In this document: piece by piece, positions 1 to 9,100 of the stretch | Layout of the letters: every line of letters begins with the position of its first letter | Position numbering within the stretch: position 1 is the first letter of the stretch | Assembly (NCBI RefSeq): GCF_964355755.1 | Contig: NC_092673.1 | Location: forward strand, 1,488,001-1,552,000 | Length of the DNA stretch: 64,000 bases | Direction of reading: 5' to 3' | Source: Antedon mediterranea | Lineage: Eukaryota; Animalia; Echinodermata | Notes under the pieces: model-generated | The model's input: the letters and a program-made list of their open reading frames with translations, nothing else | The model's database searches: none | Told to the model about the DNA's origin: nothing | Made by a program: the position numbers and the translations under genes

Positions 1-418
1 ATCAATATTGATTGTTTTTACACAAGTTCGTGATACTGTATTACAAAACAAAAAAAAATCAACACCATATAAATACAACAGAAACGAAAAAAATTGAAAT
101 TGAAAAGAAACAAAATTACAGCAGAATCCCCTTCATCTGACACCTCTATTTAGGGTACACCATACCGGTACTTCCCGTGTAAACGGAAACCCTTATCGAA
201 GTGTATAATTCATGGGGATTCAACTGTAATACATAATAAATCTTTTGGATTTCATTGACGTTAAAATAATAGTGATAAAACACACATTTTACATAGTATT
301 TAGCCATTTTAAAAGTTGGATGTAGATCGTAGATTACCATACCATTATGTTTTACAATGCATTTTTCAGATACGTTTTAAACAACTTAACTGATTTTGGA
401 AGGGTATCAATATTGAGA

Positions 419-3406
419 CTATTCCATAATTGCTCCACGATAAGACAGACTTCGTTTTTTAAAATCTGTTTTTGGCTTTGGGATGAATAGATGTGTATCA
501 CTGTTCCTTAGATTATAATTTATATCATTGAATGTAAATACATTATTTAGGTAAGGTGGGGCATTATCTGTCAAAACCTTATATATAACCATACAACATT
601 CATATCTATCTTGATAAAATAAAGGTGACCAATTAATTTGCCTTAGTGCCTCACTACTAGGTGTGTCCCATGTTAGACCACACACGATTCGAGCTGTTCT
701 GTTTTGGATAGTTTGAACTCTTTTCATTAGAGTTTGACTACTATTTCCCCAAATTATGTTACAATAGCTCAAGTAAGGTATTACAATAGAGTTTGCAATA
801 TGTTTTAATATGTTTTGTGGAAAATAATAGCTACATCGTCTAAGCATACCCAATCCATTTAGAGCTTTACCTCGAATGTATTCAATCTGATTTTTCCATG
901 ATAAATGTTCGTCTATTATGATACCGAGATGTTTGCAATATAGAACGCGTGGTACAACATCGTTATCTATATTAACTGATCTATTTTTTTCTTTGGTGGT
1001 TGCCAATCGGTTTGTCGATCCGATCAACATGAACTCGGATTTAGAGACATTTAGACTCAATTTATTATTTTTTAGCCAATCGTCGATTTGTATAAGTTCT
1101 TCATTTATACTTTGGTATATTTCATTTTCATTTTTTGAAGAACAATAAATTATAGTATCGTCAGCATACATACTTATTTTACATTTGTTTGCAACTTTCG
1201 ATAGGTCATTTATATATAAGAGGAAAGCAAGTGGGCCCACGATTGACCCCTGAGGCACTCCACATTGGATGTGTGTATAGTCAGACAATGTATTATTTAC
1301 ATTTGTGAATTGCTTTCGCTCAGACAGATAGCTCTCGAACCATTTTAAAACATATTTACTTAAACCATAAAGTCTCAATTTGCTTAATAGTATGTTATGG
1401 TTTACCGTATCAAAGGCCTTTTTAAAATCTAGTAAACAGATTCCGACCAGCTTACCCTCGTCTATTGCACTATACCAGTCTTCCGTCACTTTTGTAAGTG
1501 CAGTAGATGTTGAGTATGATGGTCGAAAACCTGATTGATTTATACATAACAGATTATTATTATTCAAAAAAGCATAAAGTTGATTAAAAACGACTCGTTC
1601 AATTATTTTTGAAAGTATAGGTAGGACGGAAATGGGACGATAATTATTAGGGTTAGTTTTTTCACCATTCTTAAAAATTGGCGTGACCTTTGCTATTTTC
1701 CACGTATTTGGGAATTTACATGTTGTGAAGGAGTGATTTATAATTCTTGTAATTGTTGGGGATATAATCGGGGCAGACAGTTTTAGAATGCCCGGTGGTA
1801 AGTTATCATGACCAGTGGCTTTGTTTTTTGAAAGATTATTTAAGTATTTATATACAAATTCACATGTGATGTGTTCGAATTCAAAATTATTTTCGGTAAA
1901 AGCATCGATTTCATCATAATTTATATCATTTATCGGCTCATGTATTTGTGATGCAAGATTTGAACCTATATTTGAGAAAAATGTATTAATTTCATTTGCG
2001 ATGTCCTTGGCTTTATAGAGGACATCGCCATTATCATTGCAAATTGTTTGAATAGTTTGAGTTTTCTTTTTTGACGATATAATATATCTTATGGTATCCC
2101 ATGTTTTTTTTACATCGTTTTTATTTTCTTTTATACTTTCTTGAATAAAATTAGCTTTACTTTTACGTATTAATTTATTGCACATATTTCTATACTTTCT
2201 GTACCTTTTCCAGAGTGATTCATTTTTAGAATGTTTACATTCTCTTTTGAGTTTATCTCTTTCTCTCATATTTTCAATTACATCATCAGAGAGCCAAGGA
2301 GCTGTTTTTTTACGTACCCTGTGTTTTTTCCAAGGAGCATGTTTATCTAAAATGTTGGTTAGTGTAGTTTCGAGAAGTTTGGCACTCTGACTTACGTCGC
2401 CACTGGCTGTAATACCATTCCAATTTACCATTAATAAATCGTTTAAAAAACTGTCTTCATTAAATTTTTTAAAGTTTCGTGTCATTTTATAATTATGATC
2501 CTGTTTAATAATTTTATTTGTTTTTTTGGAATCTTTATTATTTTTCGCCCCTTTCCCTATTATAGCGAATGGCATTGAGTGGTCACTTAAGCCGACGTGG
2601 ATAACTCCAGACTTTAATATTTTAGAAACATTTGAGAAATACATGACATCTATTAATGTAGAGGAATGTTTTTCTATACGTGTTGGTTCTTCAATGATCT
2701 GTTTTAGATTAAAATTTTCACTTAATTCAATTAGTTTCTTTGTGTAGCAATGTGGATTGTCAGACATAACGTCACAGTTTAAATCTCCCATCATCATAAT
2801 ATCTTTGTGTTCCAGTTCAATCTTTTGAAATATATTTTGTAAATATTCAAAAAGAACTGCTGTAGTATTTGGAGGTCTATACCACAATAGAACAATTAGA
2901 TTTTTACATTTATCACGTACTATTTCAATAGATAGGAGTTCGAGTTCATTACACATTAGATCATTCCTAATTTTGTGGTTGGTTTTTAGATTTATATAGA
3001 GTGCTACACCTCCACCTTTTTTAGTTTTACGTCTATCTAGTCTGTGTAATATATAGTTGTCAACATGAAAATCTTCATCAATAAATGTATTATCGAGAAA
3101 TGTTTCGCTTAAGCCAAAAACATTGAAATTGTTGTTATTTAGAATACGTTGCAATTCATCAAAATGTAAGTCTAGGCTACGTATATTTAAATGTGCAAAT
3201 ATAAAACCCTTTTGATTAAGTTCCTCAAATATATGAGGATCTTTTTTAACTATTTGGTTTATATCTGTTATTGTATTATTCCTATTATTTATTACATATG
3301 AGTGGTTATCATTAATTAATACATCATCTATGGCCTGGGAACATTCAGTAGTATTGTTAGTCTCTTTTTCGGACTGTGACTTTAATGTACTTCTTAGACT
3401 CTTTGG
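419..3406 (-). CDS. LINE ORF2: apurinic-like endonuclease + reverse transcriptase, frameshifted near the C-terminus
   Basis: The frame is open from the ORF1 stop (PKSLRST...KGFIFAHLNIRSL). EN motifs: GLSET, GGGVALY, YRPP, GDLN, TLID, SDH. RT motifs: NYRPISVL, QSGFR, LDFKKAFD, GVPQGS, YADD, KHLG. The terminal WNSL motif continues in another frame at about 426. Confidence 0.93.
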   Translation of the reverse strand, partial: PKSLRSTLKSQSEKETNNTTECSQAIDDVLINDNHSYVINNRNNTITDINQIVKKDPHIFEELNQKGFIFAHLNIRSLDLHFDELQRILNNNNFNVFGLSETFLDNTFIDEDFHVDNYILHRLDRRKTKKGGGVALYINLKTNHKIRNDLMCNELELLSIEIVRDKCKNLIVLLWYRPPNTTAVLFEYLQNIFQKIELEHKDIMMMGDLNCDVMSDNPHCYTKKLIELSENFNLKQIIEEPTRIEKHSSTLIDVMYFSNVSKILKSGVIHVGLSDHSMPFAIIGKGAKNNKDSKKTNKIIKQDHNYKMTRNFKKFNEDSFLNDLLMVNWNGITASGDVSQSAKLLETTLTNILDKHAPWKKHRVRKKTAPWLSDDVIENMRERDKLKRECKHSKNESLWKRYRKYRNMCNKLIRKSKANFIQESIKENKNDVKKTWDTIRYIISSKKKTQTIQTICNDNGDVLYKAKDIANEINTFFSNIGSNLASQIHEPINDINYDEIDAFTENNFEFEHITCEFVYKYLNNLSKNKATGHDNLPPGILKLSAPIISPTITRIINHSFTTCKFPNTWKIAKVTPIFKNGEKTNPNNYRPISVLPILSKIIERVVFNQLYAFLNNNNLLCINQSGFRPSYSTSTALTKVTEDWYSAIDEGKLVGICLLDFKKAFDTVNHNILLSKLRLYGLSKYVLKWFESYLSERKQFTNVNNTLSDYTHIQCGVPQGSIVGPLAFLLYINDLSKVANKCKISMYADDTIIYCSSKNENEIYQSINEELIQIDDWLKNNKLSLNVSKSEFMLIGSTNRLATTKEKNRSVNIDNDVVPRVLYCKHLGIIIDEHLSWKNQIEYIRGKALNGLGMLRRCSYYFPQNILKHIANSIVIPYLSYCNIIWGNSSQTLMKRVQTIQNRTARIVCGLTWDTPSSEALRQINWSPLFYQDRYECCMVIYKVLTDNAPPYLNNVFTFNDINYNLRNSDTHLFIPKPKTDFKKRSLSYRGAIME

Positions 3407-4717
3407 TCAATTATTTCGTTCGTAATAATAATGATCATAATTATGTACATTACCACAATATCTTGCTTTATGACCATATTGACCACATGATTTACATGTT
3501 AACTGTTCTTGAAAGTAGCATTCGTAAGCTTGATGGTTGTTTAGTCCACATTTCCAGCATGGTTCATACATAATATAGTTTGACTCTTTTGAGCCATAAC
3601 TAAAGTGTTGGTAACTGTCATTCCTTGCTTGTTGATTATAATAACCATGTCTATTTCGTTTCCAGGGGCGTGTATTTTGATTTCTGTTTGTTTGACATTC
3701 TTGAGCATGTTGCCTGGATGATGATTTCTCTGTATATTGAAATTGGAGATCATCAATATTTTCAGAGAATAGTTTACCTAGTCGTATGGATCCAGTTATG
3801 TTGAAATGTAAGCCATCAATGAATAGGGATTCATCAACTGAGCCACATTGGTACACACATTTTGATGAGATGTTTATGAAGCCAGTATCCAGCCGTGTAC
3901 TGAGTTCGCTAAGTGCTGTATTTACACTTTGAATATCATCCATATGATTTGGGCGTGGAGGAATTGCTGATATATAAAGCTTCGATGTTGGTGACTTCAC
4001 CATGACCATCGTGATTATTTTTTCCATTGATTCTTGGATTTCTGTTACCACCTTACCATTTGAGACATCATTTGTTTCTACTTGTATAATTATATTTGCA
4101 TATGAATTTAAGTTTTTGGATTCTTGTAGTTTATGGTATATATCTTCGGTAACCGCACCACGTTTCACTATGACATCAGTGTCCTTAAACCATGAGTTAT
4201 CCATATCTCTGAGCATACTGTCCCCAATTATAAGGGTTTTGTGGATTGGATTCGTGCTCTCTGGTCTGATTATATTATCTGAGGAGGTGTTTAATCGGCC
4301 GTATCGCTCAAGATCACCCTCAAGTTTGTTGACCTTTACGTTTAAGCTTGTCATTTGTTGCTTTAGTTTTTTGTTTTCATCTTCTAGACTTGCTTGCCGT
4401 TTCTTAACATGATCGTTTTCAGTAGAAATTTTGTTTACATTTGTCTGTAAGGACTCAACTTTTTCTTTCAGTTGTTTTACTATGAAACTTATATCCTTTT
4501 TGCAATTTTGACATGCCCATTTTGGATTTGGTCGCCTCTTTAGGTCAACACATGTCAGGTGATATGAGTTTCTGCAGTTCGAGCATTTTACTAGTGTTCC
4601 ATTAGTTTTTTTACAGGTTTCCAAGCTACAATTTGTACTAGTAGCACTAGACTGCTCATCCAGTGTCCCTGTTTGTTGATCATTTGGCTTAGATTTGTCG
4701 TTTGTTTCGTCTGGCAT
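3407..4717 (-). CDS. LINE ORF1: PHD finger + coiled coil + SGNH esterase-like domain + two CCHC zinc knuckles
   Basis: First ATG at 4717 (MPDETND). PHD: C-SLET-C...C-SN-C...H-LT-C...WA-C-QN-C. A heptad-like stretch follows, then SGNH blocks LIIGDSM, QVETND and DGLH. Knuckles are CWKCGLNNHQAYEC and CKSCGQYGHKARYC. Confidence 0.9.
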   Translation of the reverse strand: MPDETNDKSKPNDQQTGTLDEQSSATSTNCSLETCKKTNGTLVKCSNCRNSYHLTCVDLKRRPNPKWACQNCKKDISFIVKQLKEKVESLQTNVNKISTENDHVKKRQASLEDENKKLKQQMTSLNVKVNKLEGDLERYGRLNTSSDNIIRPESTNPIHKTLIIGDSMLRDMDNSWFKDTDVIVKRGAVTEDIYHKLQESKNLNSYANIIIQVETNDVSNGKVVTEIQESMEKIITMVMVKSPTSKLYISAIPPRPNHMDDIQSVNTALSELSTRLDTGFINISSKCVYQCGSVDESLFIDGLHFNITGSIRLGKLFSENIDDLQFQYTEKSSSRQHAQECQTNRNQNTRPWKRNRHGYYNQQARNDSYQHFSYGSKESNYIMYEPCWKCGLNNHQAYECYFQEQLTCKSCGQYGHKARYCGNVHNYDHYYYERNN

Positions 4718-5184
4718 ACTTAGCAAATAAAATGTAGACCCTTAGTAGGCCTATGCCGTCGTCTATCTTTGCTATCGACCTCAATTGTGTAGGTGAAACT
4801 TTCCTCAGAGATCAATCAGAGAAGATCAAATCAAAGATCAAATCAAATATCAAAAGATAGGCCCAGGTGTGTGTTTCGTAATCAGCTTGGATACCGGTAG
4901 CGTCCTTGGATACGGTTGATAGGTACGCTGTCAAACGGTAACGTAGCGTTGTGAGGCCTAGTCAGACAAGTTTGTTGAAAAACACACCTTAACTTACGAT
5001 TTGACTTATTTCAGGTGGTATGTTAGTAGCTTGAAAGTTCAAATCAAACAATATGCAGGGTTCAGTTTAGCAATAAGTAAGACACAATCGATTTTGTGAC
5101 TTTTAAACATACAATTTATTGCCGATTTTTAAAAGCGTCGTTCAACATGTACGCCCTCAACTACTTGACTGCAATCGCGTGCTC

Positions 5185-5866
5185 ATTAGTGTTTACCGAA
5201 CGACCGACCAACCTACCAACTGACCGAAATTACTGAACATGTTTAAAAATGTTGAAATGTTTAAAAACATTTATATTTTTTTAATTTACACGTGCGTAGC
5301 CTGTCACTTTTGACGTGCTCGTATAACGTAATTTCGAGTTGAAAAGTAAGTCAAGAAAATAGAAATCGGGCAAAGAGAGTGCGCAATAACATTTAACGCG
5401 CAGTGCGCGCGCAAAAATCTGCGCACTCATGGCAATTTTGTAAACGCTTAAAATTGCCTGAAACGTACTCTTATTTTATCGAAAATAAATTTTGAAAATT
5501 TTAAGCGCGCGTACGCATGCGTTACATGCGCTACGCACGAATTGTATTGCCATATGATGATTTATGCCCTGAAATTTATGAGTACCAAATTTTATTTAAT
5601 TGTGATTAATGGTTGTGAAGATATGATTACAAACGTGATTTCGTTAAATCGTGCATACACCGCGTAATTTTTTATTGCGCACCGTGAAAACATAACCACA
5701 TCGATTCCTGGCCATACGGAATATACTGTGAAAAATTGACTTAGCTAGATTAAACTGATATCAAGATAAGGTCAAAAAGCGATAAAACGCATAGTGATAC
5801 CGGACCGACAGACAGACCGACCGACACACATAGTGAACTATAGAGTCGCGTCCACGCGACTAAAAA
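5185..5866 (-). mobile_element. Non-autonomous Helentron/DINE-1(HINE)-like element
   Basis: The terminus read on minus is TTTTT-AGTCGCG-TGGA-CGCGACT (hairpin at 5844-5861), followed by a GTCG/GTCT microsatellite (5803-5826). The left part may be interrupted by the LINE. Confidence 0.55.
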
Positions 5867-6165
5867 TCACAAATAAATAAATAAATGGTCATAATAAATT
5901 TTGTTTTTGTATCTCATTTTTTATTCTCATCATGGTGTTAACATTGTTGAGTGCAAGAAAGTAAATATTGATAAAACCAATATAATCTGTGGAGTTAACC
6001 AAGTTTCAACAATAAATTAATTTTCAGAATTAATTTAATTTATACACATTTACCCAGTCATAACAATATTAACTGGGGCCCGCACTAGATGCGAAGGCTT
6101 GTCTCATGAGGGCTCCAACAATACATATAATACATGAATACAAATGTTAAACAAAACAATAATTG

Positions 6166-9100
6166 TTAACATTCTAGAATTTCTGTATTTTGAAGCCAGA
6201 ATGCATCGCCTATAAGATCGGTATGGAGGTGTGTAACTCTTCGACGTGATCGTATGACAACTCTTTCTTGTTCTTCTACATCATCTTTACTTCGACATAC
6301 TTTTAATACTTCTTCATCAACCTAACCAAGAATTAAAATTTATCATTATCAAAATGCAACACAGAACTCCCTACTCTCCCAACAATCGTCAGAGTCGATA
6401 TTTCAAGTTGTCTCATTCTCTCCTGTAAATTTATCCCAATTTAAAAAAAAAATTCCTACATACATAAATAATTTATTACAAGGTATTGTAGATGTAAATG
6501 CATTCTCTCGATGCATTGTCCAACTTTGATAGTGACTGGCATAAAAGTGACTGGCATTGAAAGTGACTAGCATATCAATTGTTTATTATAGACATTGATA
6601 ATTTTGTGGGAGGTTAACTGACACAGCCACTTTCATGGACAGACGAATGAGCGCTAGTATTGCCAGCACTGACATTAAGAAGCATGTAGTTGGAAAGAGG
6701 AACATCTTAGTCCACAGTGCCATGAGCAATATCGTTGGAATGGCACTGTGTAAATCAAAATTATTATTCACTATAATAGACATCAAGATAAGTTTTTTAG
6801 CTCCCCCTGTCCTGATTCCCCCTGTCCTGATTCCCCCTGCCCTGATTCCCCCTGCCCTGATTCCCCCTGTCCTGATTCCCCCTGTCCTGATTTTTAAAAG
6901 TCTTTATTTTGGAGGAAGTAGCTTTTACTTACTTTCTTCCATATAAGTATGGTTCCTTTTCTGTAAAACTCATCTAATGTGTTGTAATTTATACCAAATT
7001 GAGAAAAAAGTAATTCATTCTTGTCACTAGAAACAGTGCCCTAAAAGAACAGATGTACATAAAAAAACTTTCTAACCATTATGCCAATTTTATGAGGCAA
7101 ATGTATTTGTATAACAGTGGAAAATATATTCCTAAAAAGAAAAAATTCATCTGGATATCTAGATTGTATTTATTAAAACCTTTTTTTTCTTTTTGAGGAT
7201 CCAATAAAACTATTTGAAAAAAACGTTTCAAGTTTATCGTTGAATTGATTTTATTGTATCATATTGTAAATGACATAAGTACATCTATGTAACCTTTCAC
7301 CTTTAACCTTTCCTCTGCTTCTGTGTTGCTACAATGACCTTCCAAAACAAGTTTCCAGAAACAAGTATTGTACAAGTTGTTTATGTGACCTGAAATTATA
7401 ATTTTGTTTTATATAATCACAACAAGTAAACATTATAAAATGTGTGTTTTGAAGTTTTGAAATAAAAAATAGACTCACAATCCGCCTGACGCCAACTGAG
7501 GTAATCTTTAAGGTTGTTGTTGCTAGGATACAAGACAACTCTCGCGTCAAATGCAGGTGGGTATAGAAGCGCCGTTTGTTTTATATAATCTTTCCAATAG
7601 AACACGTATGATGATGAGAATAGTGATACCAAGTTTGACATCAACTTGCTAAACAAAAAAAATCAAACATTTTTACTATTCATGGTTCATCCGTATTCAG
7701 GGGACATTACTATTCAGGGGACATTACTATTCATGGTACATACCAAATCAGTGGACGTCTCTATTCAGGGGACATTCCAATTCAGGGACATTCCTACACA
7801 GGGGACATTCCTGTTCAAGAAACATTTCTATTCAGGGACATTCCAACTCGGGGAACATGCCTATTCAGGGGATATTACTATAGGAATATTCCAACTCAGG
7901 GGACATCCCTATTCAGGGGACATTGCTATTACTCTAGTAGCTAGATCAACTTTCGTATGCACTTTGAGGTCCAGAGAATTTGACTTCAGAAATTGGTTTA
8001 GGGTGGTCAAACAATCATATTTGGCTTGGTTACACATTTTGAAAATGTGGCGAAAGGTCAAAAGGTCAAGGTGAAAGGTCATAAGACCAAACATAAATAT
8101 GTCCTTAAATCTCAGTAACCACTTGTCACAACGAGGTAATTTTGGTCTTAAATTAATCAGAAGGTATACATTTATATTCAGTCTAATGGGACATTTTAGT
8201 AAAAAATGACCGGAAATGCCATTTATGACCTTTGACCCACAACCCAGGGCATGTATGTATCTCCGTAACTACTGGTCGTAGACACTTGAATTTGGTTTTA
8301 AATTGTTCGAAATATATGTTTTGTTATTTGTTACACATTTTGAAAAATGTTACAAAAGGTCAAAGGATCAAGGTCAAGGGTTATTTGAACAAATAAAAAA
8401 GGTACTTTTATCTCGGCAACCACTGGTCGCAGCAAGTCAATTTTGGTCTCAAAATGTTCAGAAGGCATGCATTTATATTCCATCTAATGGGGCATTTTAG
8501 TCAAAAATGATAAGAAATGCCATTTCTGACCTTTGACCCACATACCAGGGCATCTTCATATCTCATAAAGTACAGGTCGTAGAAACTTAAATTTGGTATC
8601 AAATTGTTCGAAATATACATATTTACATTCAATGTAATAGAAAATGTGGTTAAAAGATGAACAGAAATACTCTTACTAATGTCTCAAACAAAAAACATAT
8701 CTACACAGTTAGACTTATCCTTAGACAGTAATGTTATGCAATAACTGATACTTTAAATTGTTTTACTTTCAAGTACTAGTTATTGCTGTCCCCGAGGACA
8801 TTTTGATAGAAACGTTAAGCTCAACAGTTCTTTTCAGAATGCTAGAAGTAACTTGCCATATGTATCCGATTAAACGCCCCTGGCATTTATTGTTCAAAAT
8901 GGTTTTTAGGGGGAAAGGAGGCATCTTTATTTGGGGTATAATATGGTAACATGTATAATCAAATAAATACCACCTAGATGGGAAAAAATACTGCACAATT
9001 AATATCAAAAAGTGGTAAATTGTAGATTATGGTAGTTAATGAAATGTGTTGACGTGATACAATTATTGTGTAAATGCATGTGGCATGTTTATTCCACATG

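Larger units (their letters stand above)
230..5170 (-). mobile_element. Near full-length CR1/L2-group non-LTR retrotransposon (LINE)
   Basis: ORF1 with PHD/esterase/zinc knuckles is followed by ORF2 with APE endonuclease and RT. About 450 bp of relatively GC-rich 5' UTR lies at 4718-5170. Both ends are approximate and no TSD was identified. Confidence 0.93.

Noticed and set aside
146-340. Independent 64-aa gene
   Set aside because: It is the shifted-frame continuation of LINE ORF2 running into tail or other repeat sequence.
3407-3409. Selenocysteine recoding of the in-frame TGA in the LINE
   Set aside because: It falls in a linker rather than a redox motif, and no SECIS was recognisable.
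918-4412. Several plus-strand ORFs overlapping the LINE
   Set aside because: They are antisense shadows of the minus-strand ORFs.
6635-8074. Pro-rich (PPVLI)n and Gly-rich ORFs antisense to THG1L
   Set aside because: They are translations of the 15-bp and 17-bp minisatellites.
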